A DNA stretch of 33,734 nt from Novosphingobium sp. (GTDB taxonomy: Bacteria > Pseudomonadota > Alphaproteobacteria > Sphingomonadales > Sphingomonadaceae), in the NCBI GenBank assembly GCA_031362485.1, contig JANLSP010000021.1, positions 1-33,734 of the forward strand, in the 5' to 3' direction. The notes under the pieces were generated by a model. It did no database searches. It saw nothing but the letters and a program-made list of their open reading frames with translations, and was not told the origin of the DNA. Positions 25,377 to 33,734 of the stretch are shown here, piece after piece. The position numbers and the translations under genes are program-made. Positions within the stretch are counted from its first letter, which is position 1; each line of letters begins with the position of its first letter.

Positions 25377-25483
25377 GAAAAGGGGAGCAGGTTACACATG
25401 TATGATGGGATGGAAGTGGTCCCGGCGATAAGGCGCTGATCGCCGTCAATTGCCGGCAACAGCGCAAACAGCTTCAGCCAGTT

Positions 25484-26770
25484 CTACGCGGCGACATAAG
25501 CCGCGGCCATTTCCGCCGCCCGCTTCCCGGTCTCCGCGCAGGCCTGGGTTCCGCCATCGCCATAGGCAATCACCGAATCGCCCACGTTCCAGAGATTGGG
25601 GATCGGAGTTTCCTGCGGCATGCTGAAGCCGGGGCAGGTCCGCGCGGCCGGCCACTCGCCAAACATCGGCGTTGCCGCCAGCAATCTGGCATTGGCGAAC
25701 TCGGGGTACTCGCGATTGAGTTCCGCCAGCGCACGATCGATTTCGGCCTGCGGGTCGAGCTGCGCCGAACTATTGCGGGGCACCGAATAGGCGACATGCA
25801 GATACCATCCCGACGGCGCCAGTTCAGGGCAAGTCGCGGTCAGCTCGCCGACCAGGCAGAGGCTGTCAGTGTTGCCGAGCGTGATGAGCGCGGCGGTTTC
25901 GAGGATCCTGCTTTGCGACGCGAGATAGATGTTGAACATCGTGGTCGGACGGATGGTCTGCGCCGCCGTGGCGACATAGTCAGCCCCCATGGCCTGCTCG
26001 CCTGCCAGGGCAATCGTCGCTGAAACGCCGGCATCGCTGATAACCGTGTGTGCCGTAACTGTGGTCTCAGCGCCGTCAGCCTGCAGCACTACGCCGGTTG
26101 CGGCGCCTGCTTCGATCACAATGCGAGTCGCCCTGGTTTCAAGACGAATCTTGCCGCCTTTCCGGACGATTCCTTCAGCCAGATCGTTCCAGATCCCGAT
26201 TGTTCCGCGCGGACAGATGCCGAAAGGAGTCGAGGCGTTCTTGCCGAAGAACGAGAGAAACGCGCGCGCGGGCAGATCTTCCGGGTTTGCCGAGAACAAT
26301 ACCGCGCACAGATTGCGAAACAGGCCGTGGACGGTCTTGTTCCTGGTCAGGCCATTGAGCCATTCCTTGGTCGATAGCCGCGCGTCTGGCAGATTGCCCT
26401 GCCGCGCCTCGGCAAATTTGGAGCCGATCACCGCGGCTGTCTTGGTAAGACCGGCGAGCAACATTCCCAAGCCGCCCTTGCCTGCATTGACGATCTTGCC
26501 GCCCACCCGGAACACCGTGCGAGGCTCGGGCTGGCGCACGTCATAGGGGACGCCGGTTGCGGCGAATATCTGCTCCAGAGTGCCGCCTATCTTGAGGGTG
26601 ATTGCGCCGACATTGATCGTGAAGCCGTCAGCGTCATAGGAGGCCGCACGCCCCCCCACGCGATCATGGTCATCGACAACGAGGACCGATTTTCCCGCGT
26701 TGACCAGGCAGGCAGCGGCAGTCAGTCCGCCGGCGCCTGCCCCGATGATAACGGCGTCATAATCGGCCAC
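25484..26770 (-). CDS. FAD-dependent oxidoreductase, phytoene dehydrogenase/amine oxidase-like (COG1233)
   Basis: GAGAGGL, VGGRA.S...DGF..N.GA, P.LAP.G, TPIPNLWNVGD. Confidence 0.85.
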   Translation of the reverse strand: MADYDAVIIGAGAGGLTAAACLVNAGKSVLVVDDHDRVGGRAASYDADGFTINVGAITLKIGGTLEQIFAATGVPYDVRQPEPRTVFRVGGKIVNAGKGGLGMLLAGLTKTAAVIGSKFAEARQGNLPDARLSTKEWLNGLTRNKTVHGLFRNLCAVLFSANPEDLPARAFLSFFGKNASTPFGICPRGTIGIWNDLAEGIVRKGGKIRLETRATRIVIEAGAATGVVLQADGAETTVTAHTVISDAGVSATIALAGEQAMGADYVATAAQTIRPTTMFNIYLASQSRILETAALITLGNTDSLCLVGELTATCPELAPSGWYLHVAYSVPRNSSAQLDPQAEIDRALAELNREYPEFANARLLAATPMFGEWPAARTCPGFSMPQETPIPNLWNVGDSVIAYGDGGTQACAETGKRAAEMAAAYVAA

Positions 26771-26771
26771 G

Positions 26772-27602
26772 CTAGGCGCCGCCGCTCATCGCTTCAGCCA
26801 TGAGCGACTGGATATCGATCAGCCCGGTCATGACCCCGCCGGTAAACCCGGCGTCGACCGGCAGGCAGACGCCACTGACGAAGCTGGCCAAGGGCGAATT
26901 GAGCAGGAGCAGTGGCCCCGCCTGTTCCTCGGCCGTCGCCTGGCGGTTGATCGGCTTGGCGAACACTTCGAGGATTTTCTTGCCAGCGGCGATCTCGAAA
27001 TCCTTCATCATCGGCGTCGCCGTCGGGCTGGGAAGACTGCAGTTGATCCGGATTCCCCTGGTGATCAGATCGACGCTGCGCCGCTGGGTCCACACGACGA
27101 GCGCTTCCTTCGAAAAGCTGTAGCCTTCCAGGATTTCAGCGGGATGCGCCTTGACCCAGGCAAGCGCTTCGACCGGGTCCTCGATAGAGACGAACTCGCT
27201 GAGCAGCGGCAGCTTGGCATGATAGTTCATCGCCGCGTTGGACGAAATCGAGACGATCGCGCTGCCCGGTTTCATCCGGGCAATCCACTGGTTGGTCCAA
27301 TGCCGGATGCCGATGAAATTGACCGCGACGACATCGACTGCCGGGAATGTCTGAGGCAGGCCGGCGCAATTGAACACCGCATCGACTTCACCGCCGATGG
27401 AAGCCACGACAGCCTCAATTGCCGCCGGATCCTTGAGATCGAGTTTGGTGAACGAAGCCATTTCAACCGGTGATGGTTTGATATCAACGCCATGCACTTC
27501 TGCCCCGGCCTGGACCAGAAGCCGGGCACAGGCAGCGCCCATGCCGGAAAAACAGCCTGCTATGACAACGCGCTTGCCTTGATAGCCGAGAAGATCAGTC
27601 AT
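26772..27602 (-). CDS. SDR oxidoreductase (coniferyl-alcohol dehydrogenase/3-alpha-HSD-like)
   Basis: GCFSGMG, FNCAG, VNF.G, SISS, YSFSK (YxxxK), RINC..PSPT.TPM. Confidence 0.85.
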   Translation of the reverse strand: MTDLLGYQGKRVVIAGCFSGMGAACARLLVQAGAEVHGVDIKPSPVEMASFTKLDLKDPAAIEAVVASIGGEVDAVFNCAGLPQTFPAVDVVAVNFIGIRHWTNQWIARMKPGSAIVSISSNAAMNYHAKLPLLSEFVSIEDPVEALAWVKAHPAEILEGYSFSKEALVVWTQRRSVDLITRGIRINCSLPSPTATPMMKDFEIAAGKKILEVFAKPINRQATAEEQAGPLLLLNSPLASFVSGVCLPVDAGFTGGVMTGLIDIQSLMAEAMSGGA

Positions 27603-27626
27603 GTAGGGATCCTTGAGTTTCGTGGT

Positions 27627-28840
27627 TCAGAAGGTGGCGCCGGAAATCTGCAAAGCAATGATATCGTCTAGGGAATAGCCTGAAGCAAGCAGCACTTCTT
27701 GGTTGTGCGCGCCAAGCTCGGGTGCGGGACGGGCGGTGAGCGCCTGCCGGTCGAACTGGACTGGCGCGCTGACCATCTTGATCGAGCGCCCGTCGCCGTA
27801 ATCGACATCCTGGATGAAGCGTTTGGCAGCGCGTCCTTGTCCTGGGCAAGTTCGCCCACTTTCTGGACCACGTCCCACTGTCCTTCCTGCGCGAGCAGAA
27901 CGGGCTTCCATTCGGCAAGAGTTCTGGTGGCGAAGATCTCATCGAGGATCGTCACGCATTCGAGGATGTTTTCGGCGCGTTTCGCATCGCTGTCGAAGCG
28001 CGGATCGGCGATCAGGTCAGGCCGTTCCAGCGCCCTGCACAGCCCCGGCCAGTAGCGCTGGCCTTGCAGCATGCACAGCGCGAGGAAGCGGCCGTCCGAA
28101 GTGCGATAGTTGTTGACCAGCGGATTGGGCATACCCAGCCTCCCGGCCTTGGGCATCTCGTCAATGCCGACAAGATTTGAGGCAACTATTCCGGGCTGCA
28201 TCACCCACATGCCAGCGTTGAGCAGCGAGACATCCACCACCGAGGCTTTGCCCGTCATGGCGCGCTGGGCGATCGCGGCGGCGATCCCACCCGCAAGCAT
28301 GGAGCCACTCATGCTGTCGCCAAATGCACCGCCAGGCATCGGCAACGGGTAAGGCAGGTCATCGGGTGTGACTGCCGAGGCAACGCCGCTGCGCGACCAG
28401 AAGGAGATCGAGTCGTAGCCGCCCTTTTCGGCATCCGGCCCGTGGACACCCTGCCCGCTGCCAGCCGCGTAAATCAGATTGGGGAACCGGCTGGTAAGCG
28501 CTTCGACATCGATGCCAAGTTTGCGGCGTGCGGGAGGGAGCAGGCTGGTGAGAAACACGTCGGCGTCCTCAAGCATCCGGTGCAGCACATCGAGCGCGCC
28601 TTCGGCGGCGATATCCAGCGTGACGCTGCGTTTGCCGCGATTCCAGATTTCATACATGAAGGTGAAGCCGCCGGTGCCAGGCGCGATCCCTCCCATGGCG
28701 AGGCCCCGCACCGGATCGCCCGCGTGGGGTTCGATCTTGATGACGTCAGCGCCCATGTCGGCGAGCATGGCGCCCGCTGACGGCACAAACGCCCACATTG
28801 AAACTTCGATGACTTTAATTCCGGCAAGTGGTCCTGACAT
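27627..28840 (-). pseudogene. CaiB/BaiF CoA transferase with a frameshift near the 3' end (or a sequencing error)
   Basis: GPLAGIKVIE, LADMGADVIKIE, NRGKRS, GGYD. The conserved tail RFIQDVD...VSAPVQF...PAPELGAHNQEVL...G lies in another frame ending at 27627; the frame switch is at about 27820-27835. Confidence 0.75.
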
Positions 28841-28865
28841 GCTGTCCTCCAGCTGTCGGCCTTAA

Positions 28866-29624
28866 TCAACGGACCATGGTTAGCCCACCATCGATGGAAA
28901 ATATCTGTCCTGTGATGAAACGCGATCCCGGGCCAACGAGAAATCGCAGAACCGGGGCGAGATCACGGTCCGGATCACCCAGCTTTCCGCCTATCGGCAT
29001 ATTGGCGGCGAGCATGGCATCGAGTGCGGCAAGGGCCTCGGCGCTCATCAGCGAGCGGGTCTTGAGGTACATCGGCGTTTCAATCGCCGGCGCGATGCAA
29101 TTTGCGGTGATGCCGTATTGCCCCCATTCCTTGGCGATAGTCCGCGTCCAGGCCAGCACCGCGCCCTTGGTGGCGGAATAGTGTGCCTTGTTGGGCTGTC
29201 CGGTGATGCCGGCGGCGGAGGCGAAGTTGATGATGCGCCCGCCATGCTTCTTGAGATAGGCAAAGGCGGCCTGATTGGTGAGGAATGTGCCGCGGGCATT
29301 GACGGCAAAGACCATCTCCCAATCTGACAAGGCGATGCTTTCGGCCGGCGCGCTAGGCGCGATACCGGCCGCGTGAACTAGGGCATCGATGCCGCCCAAA
29401 TGTCTGGCCGACTGTTCGAAGGCTGCGGCGACGGATGCCTCGTCTGAAACATCGCAGCGGAGATAGGCCGCGCCGGCAGCGGCGGCGATGGCCTGTCCTG
29501 GCTCATCGCTGATGTCGAGCGAAACGACGGCAGCGCCGTTGCGGGAGAAATCCTTGACCATGGCCTCGCCCATGCCGCTTGCGCCGCCGGTAATGACAAT
29601 GCGCAGCCCACTGATTTCCGACAT
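28866..29624 (-). CDS. SDR oxidoreductase (FabG-like)
   Basis: ITGGASGMG, HAAGI, VNARG, NFAS, YSATK, DGG. Start at MSEISG 29624, which has GGGAG upstream. Confidence 0.9.
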   Translation of the reverse strand: MSEISGLRIVITGGASGMGEAMVKDFSRNGAAVVSLDISDEPGQAIAAAAGAAYLRCDVSDEASVAAAFEQSARHLGGIDALVHAAGIAPSAPAESIALSDWEMVFAVNARGTFLTNQAAFAYLKKHGGRIINFASAAGITGQPNKAHYSATKGAVLAWTRTIAKEWGQYGITANCIAPAIETPMYLKTRSLMSAEALAALDAMLAANMPIGGKLGDPDRDLAPVLRFLVGPGSRFITGQIFSIDGGLTMVR

Positions 29625-29640
29625 GCAGACTACTCCCGTT

Positions 29641-31053
29641 TCAATACTCGCCAGCCGCGCGCCTGGGCAGGGCAAAGGCGCACAAGGTGGCGAGGACGCT
29701 GAAACCGATCACCACCAGCACCGTCAGCTCAAACGCGGCGGCGGACGCATATTGCGCCTTGCCCCCCGGCTCGGTCAGCACTTCGGAAGCGAGCAGCAAG
29801 GTGACCATCATGGCGCCGATGCCAGAGAAGATTCCGCGTGTAACCGAGAGCATGCCCGATACTTCGCTGGTGCGCTCTTGCGGCACCGCGCTGGCCAGGA
29901 TGGTCGGGCCGACTGCGAACAGGATCGTCGTACCGAACGATATGACGCAGAGCACCAGGATAACCTGCAGGATCGATCCGTGAATGAAATAGGCCAGAAC
30001 CCAGCCCGTGGTCGAAACAATGCCGCCCCACAGCATCGCCGACCGCCCGCCGCCGCGTCCGGTAATCCAGCCACTCAGGGGGCCGCCAAATGTCGACAGG
30101 ATATTGGATGGCAACTTGGCCAGGCCAGCCAGGGTCGCAGTCGCGCCCAAGCCGATTCCGGTCCACAGCGGGGTCTGGAGCAAGACCTGAAAGATCAGCG
30201 TGATCTGGAGCGAACTGAGCGCCACCAATGCTGTCACCAGATTGGCGACAGCCACGCTGGGGTTGCGGAACAGGCGCACGTCGATCAGCGGGACTTCGGC
30301 CCTGAGACTGCGCCAGAACCAGTAGGCCAACAGAGCCGCGCCGCTTGCCAGGGCGATCAGACCCGCCTGGTGCACCAGTCCCAGCCTGGCGATCGTGCTG
30401 AAATACCATGTCAGCAGCATGATGCCGGGCGCGAAGAGGATGCCTGAAAACCAGTCGATACCGGCCACATTGGGCAGGCGCGGAGAAACCGGCACGACCA
30501 CCAGTACGCCGATCAGCGAAGCCAGGCAAAATGCGGTGCTGGCTATGAAAATGCCGTGCCAGCTGAAATTATCTGCAATCAGCCCGCCGATCACCAGGCC
30601 GCCCGCGGTGCCCAGCGACGCACCGGAGATCATCAGGCCGATGCCCATCGGCATTTTGTCGGGCGGCATGTTCTCGCGTACCAGCCCGACCGCGAGCGGC
30701 AAGACCGCGCCGGTCAGGCCTTGCAGGATGCGGCCGGCAAGCAGCAGGTTTGGCATGCCGGTTGAAAACGCGCTCATCACCGAACCCAGTGAACCCAGCG
30801 CGAGAATTATCAGCATCAGCCGCCTGCGCCCGAAGACATCGCCCATCCGGCCCACCAGCGCCGCTGCCGCAGCGCCGACGATCAGATAGGAGGAATAGAG
30901 CAGGCCCAGCAGCGAGTTGTCGCCGAAATCCTGATTTATGTAGCGCTGCGCGGCATAGATCATCGAGCCTTCGAAGGCACTGGTCGCCTCGGCGATCCAG
31001 AGCACGGCGAGGAGGCCAAAATACGGCCTGTAGGCACGATAGCCCTCGATCAT
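29641..31053 (-). CDS. MFS transporter (DHA2-like, about 14 TM)
   Basis: GRMGDVFGRRR (motif A), GRILQG, WHGIF, PLIDVRLF. Start MIEGY at 31053, in ATGA overlap with the thiolase stop. Confidence 0.88.
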   Translation of the reverse strand: MIEGYRAYRPYFGLLAVLWIAEATSAFEGSMIYAAQRYINQDFGDNSLLGLLYSSYLIVGAAAAALVGRMGDVFGRRRLMLIILALGSLGSVMSAFSTGMPNLLLAGRILQGLTGAVLPLAVGLVRENMPPDKMPMGIGLMISGASLGTAGGLVIGGLIADNFSWHGIFIASTAFCLASLIGVLVVVPVSPRLPNVAGIDWFSGILFAPGIMLLTWYFSTIARLGLVHQAGLIALASGAALLAYWFWRSLRAEVPLIDVRLFRNPSVAVANLVTALVALSSLQITLIFQVLLQTPLWTGIGLGATATLAGLAKLPSNILSTFGGPLSGWITGRGGGRSAMLWGGIVSTTGWVLAYFIHGSILQVILVLCVISFGTTILFAVGPTILASAVPQERTSEVSGMLSVTRGIFSGIGAMMVTLLLASEVLTEPGGKAQYASAAAFELTVLVVIGFSVLATLCAFALPRRAAGEY

Positions 31054-32219
31054 TCGCAGTGCAGCAACATGGCTCCGGCAAGCGAGCCGCCGCCCATTCC
31101 GACGACGGCGGTTTTGGCTCCTGCCACCTGCCGCCCGCCGCCTTCGCCGCGAATCTGGGTGCAGGCCTCGTGCATGTGGCCGAAGCCGTGAAGGCGCCCG
31201 GCCGAGAGTTGCCCCCCTCCGGTATTGACTGGTAGCGATCCAGTCAGCGCGGTGTGGCCATCGGCGATGAAGCGTTCGCCTTCGCCGCGGCCGCAGAAGC
31301 CGAAAGATTCCAGCCACATCGGCACAAACACGCTGAAACCGTCATAGAGGGCAGCCACATCGACATCCTTCGGCTTGAAATCGGTGTTGTTCCAGATGTC
31401 CTTGCCGCAATCCTGCGAGGCCATCTGGGTCAGGTCGGGGCGCTGGTCCCAGCTGTCGCGACCTTCCAGCGCTGCGCTGAAAGCTTCGATCCTGATCGGC
31501 TTCTTCGCGCAGTCCCTTGCCGCATCGGCGGCCGAGACAATGATCACGCAGGCCCCGTCGATCGGCACGTCACAGTCCATCATTGAGAGCGGATCGGAAA
31601 TCATCCGGGCGTTGAGGTAGTCCTCCATGGTCAGCGGCTTGCCATGGAATATGGCGCGCGGGTTTTGCTGCGCATTGGCGCGTTGGAGCACGCATTGCGT
31701 GCCGATCATCTCGCGGGTCACGCCGAATTCATGGACCCGGCGCATGGCATATTGCGCCGCCCAGTTGGCCGCAGACAGTGCGCCCATGGGCACCAGCCAC
31801 GAAATCCAGCCGCCGATGCCCTGCGGGTTTTCGCTCACGCTGCCCTTGCGGCCGCCGCCGCCCTGTGCGGCATATTCGCTCAGCGCGCGGAAACAGAGCA
31901 CATGGCGTGCTTGCCCGGTGCTGACTGCCATTGCGGCAATCATCAGGGGGGACATTTGCGCTGGACCTTCCATGCTGCCGCTGTGCCAGCGGGTTTTCAG
32001 CCCCAGCGCATCGCGTACTTCGGTACAGCCCAGCGGCGACATGCCTGCGCCCGAATCGCTCTTGCCGGGGTAGGTGGTGATACCGTCGATATCGTCGCGG
32101 GTGAGGCCCGCATCGGCAAGCGCCTCGATTGCCGCGTCGGCAAGATGGTCCATGCAAGGGCGCACGATACTGCGCGAAACCTGCGACATTCCTATACCTG
32201 TGATGGATGCTTTCAACAT
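31050..32219 (-). CDS. SCP2/Ltp2-type thiolase-fold protein lacking the acyl-accepting Cys (putative aldolase)
   Basis: AL.DAGL...DIDG, NA..NPRA, DCD.PIDGA, LYDGF, NTGGGQLS.GRLHG. Confidence 0.85.
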   Translation of the reverse strand: MLKASITGIGMSQVSRSIVRPCMDHLADAAIEALADAGLTRDDIDGITTYPGKSDSGAGMSPLGCTEVRDALGLKTRWHSGSMEGPAQMSPLMIAAMAVSTGQARHVLCFRALSEYAAQGGGGRKGSVSENPQGIGGWISWLVPMGALSAANWAAQYAMRRVHEFGVTREMIGTQCVLQRANAQQNPRAIFHGKPLTMEDYLNARMISDPLSMMDCDVPIDGACVIIVSAADAARDCAKKPIRIEAFSAALEGRDSWDQRPDLTQMASQDCGKDIWNNTDFKPKDVDVAALYDGFSVFVPMWLESFGFCGRGEGERFIADGHTALTGSLPVNTGGGQLSAGRLHGFGHMHEACTQIRGEGGGRQVAGAKTAVVGMGGGSLAGAMLLHCE

Positions 32220-32315
32220 GTCGCTTTATCTCTCCTGCATGTCTAGAATGGCCATCGACGCCATCGCGCGGATTGTGCCTTGTGTAACTGCCCTGTTTTT
32301 TGGAAAGAGAGAAGC

Positions 32316-32711
32316 ATGACCTTCCCCTTGCCGGCTGTAACTGCTGAAACCGAAGCATTCTGGACGGGCGGGGCCGAGGGCCACCTGAACATCGCCACCT
32401 GCGAAGATTGTGACCATCGCATTCATCCGCCGCAAGTGATCTGCCCCAAGTGCCTTTCGCGCAATGTCGTTCCCCAGCCTGCCTCGGGCAAGGGCACAAT
32501 CGCGACTTTCACGATCAATCGCCAGCCTTGGGCGCCGGGCCTCGCGGTGCCCTATGCCATCGGCACGATCGATCTTGATGATCAGCCCGGCGTGCGGCTC
32601 ATTGCGCGGATCATCGCCGACGATGTCGATCAGGTGAAGATCGGCGCGCCCGTGGAAGTCGGGTTCGAGCAGAATGCCGATATCTTCGTCCCTGTCTTCA
32701 AGCTTGTCTGA
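32316..32711 (+). CDS. DUF35 Zn-ribbon/OB-fold protein
   Basis: AFW, CEDC...HPP...CPKC, SGKGTIATFT, IG.PV.V.F; ATG at 32316. Confidence 0.9.
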   Translation: MTFPLPAVTAETEAFWTGGAEGHLNIATCEDCDHRIHPPQVICPKCLSRNVVPQPASGKGTIATFTINRQPWAPGLAVPYAIGTIDLDDQPGVRLIARIIADDVDQVKIGAPVEVGFEQNADIFVPVFKLV

Positions 32712-32714
32712 ACG

Positions 32715-33158
32715 ATGAGCGCCACGAAGCCGGAACTGCCGCGCCTCGAGGATTTTGCTGTCGTCACCACCGAGAAGACGCGCTTTGGCGACACCGACGC
32801 GTTCGGCCACATCAACAATGCCGTGGTCAGCACTTTCCTCGAATCGGGGCGCGGTGAATTGCTCCGCCACGTCGTGGTCGATGCCGCCGCCGCGGGTTGC
32901 CACTTCGTGCTTGTCCGCATCGAGATCGATTACCGGGACGAGCTTCACTTTCCCGGCGAAGTGATCATCGGCTCGGCAGTGGCCAGGATCGGCAGGACCT
33001 CGCTGGCGTTCGACCAGGCGGTGTTTCAGCATGGCATTTGCCGCGTGGTTTCGCGCAGTACACTCGCCCAGGTCGATCCAAAGCTCAAGGCATCGGTGGA
33101 ATTGACCAGCGAAGCGCGTGCGCATTTCGCGGCGCTTGGCCCGGTGGCCGTGCGGTAG
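32715..33158 (+). CDS. Acyl-CoA thioesterase (4HBT/YbgC hot-dog fold)
   Basis: RFGDTDAFGHINNA...FLESGR, EIDY..EL.FP, RIGRTSL. Confidence 0.9.
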   Translation: MSATKPELPRLEDFAVVTTEKTRFGDTDAFGHINNAVVSTFLESGRGELLRHVVVDAAAAGCHFVLVRIEIDYRDELHFPGEVIIGSAVARIGRTSLAFDQAVFQHGICRVVSRSTLAQVDPKLKASVELTSEARAHFAALGPVAVR

Positions 33159-33159
33159 T

Positions 33160-33734
33160 TCACTGACCGATAAAGCGCGGTTGCCGCTTCTCTGCGAAAG
33201 CTGCTCTCGCCTCCAGATAGTCCGCACTGCCGGTAAGCTGCGGCTGAATCCGCAGCTCTGCTTCGAACGCTTCGTCAAGCGAGAGATTGTCGGCTGCGAG
33301 AACATCCTTGATGTGCGCTGCGGCCAGCGGCGCAACACGAAGATAGTTGTGCGCGATCTCGAACGCAGTCGCCAGCGTCTCTCCTTCCGGAGCAGTCATA
33401 TCGGCAAGACCGATCCGCAGGGCAGTTTCCAGATCAATGCCGGCTGCAGTCAGCATCAGGTTGCGCGCCCTGATCGTGCCGATCCGGCGCGGCAGCGACC
33501 ACAGCAATCCTGCATCGGGAACAAGGCCAACCCGGCCATACGAGGCACAGAACTTGGCGGTCGACCCGGCCACAATGAAGTCGCAGGCTGCCGCAAGCGA
33601 CAAACCGGCACCGGTGGCATGGCCGTCGATTGCAGCAATAACCGGCTTGCTGCCCTCGGCGATCAGCCGGATGATTTCATGCAGCATCGACAGGAGGCGC
33701 GGTGTGCGGATCGCGGGGGGATCTTCCGCGTTCG
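33160..33734 (-). CDS. Enoyl-CoA hydratase/isomerase (crotonase; PaaG-like), 5' end outside window
   Basis: KPVIAAIDG.ATGAGLSLAAACD, GLVPDAG, D..EA..AF.EKR.P.F.G; the frame stays open to the window end. Confidence 0.88.
   Translation of the reverse strand, partial: NAEDPPAIRTPRLLSMLHEIIRLIAEGSKPVIAAIDGHATGAGLSLAAACDFIVAGSTAKFCASYGRVGLVPDAGLLWSLPRRIGTIRARNLMLTAAGIDLETALRIGLADMTAPEGETLATAFEIAHNYLRVAPLAAAHIKDVLAADNLSLDEAFEAELRIQPQLTGSADYLEARAAFAEKRQPRFIGQ

Noticed and set aside
25484-26770. Carotenoid biosynthesis gene crtI
   Set aside because: Shorter than CrtI and no crtB/crtE/crtY neighbours; only the generic COG1233 fold is supported.
27820-27835. Programmed ribosomal frameshift in the CaiB gene
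   Set aside because: No slippery heptamer or clear stimulatory structure; mutation or sequencing error is simpler.
29641-31317. 558-aa version of the MFS transporter, and similar N-terminal extensions of the ORFs at 1571, 3468, 8037, 17976, 29675 and 32280
   Set aside because: The extensions overlap neighbouring genes or promoter regions; downstream ATGs have an RBS or stop/start coupling.
1-33734. CRISPR arrays, IS elements, tRNA/rRNA, tandem repeats
   Set aside because: No regularly spaced repeats, transposase/integrase ORFs or structural RNA signatures were seen by eye; almost all sequence is explained by CDSs.

Overview
High-GC alphaproteobacterial (probably Sphingomonadales; inferred from gene content) catabolic region made of two blocks. 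No rRNA, tRNA, CRISPR array, transposase or transcription factor was recognised. Block 1 (1-14372) is a compact uptake-plus-enzyme cluster that I cannot match to any pathway I know. It contains an Asp/Glu racemase/maleate isomerase-like gene (partial) and an FAD monooxygenase, transcribed divergently from a translationally coupled operon: Dpp/Opp-type ABC transporter, SAM methyltransferase A, solute-binding protein, small helical protein A and TonB-dependent receptor. This operon converges at a bidirectional terminator with a second one (VOC protein, paralogous methyltransferase B, paralogous small helical protein B, bicupin), and a non-canonical alpha/beta-hydrolase (GHHTG) is divergent from that. 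The two methyltransferases, which share a DIHLQPGG motif, and the two related small proteins are the best candidate for an undescribed system. Block 2 (14473-33734) is a collection of oxidative and acyl-CoA enzymes: cytochrome c-GSDH fusion, two TauD dioxygenases, a KstD-like flavoprotein, two MFS transporters, an orphan Mct-like CoA transferase, ACAD, patatin, two SDRs, a Cys-less thiolase with DUF35, a thioesterase and a crotonase. Three genes in block 2 are damaged: an ACAD remnant, an NTF2 gene with a frameshift plus a nonsense codon, and a frameshifted CaiB. All family assignments come from motif recognition by eye, not from database searches.
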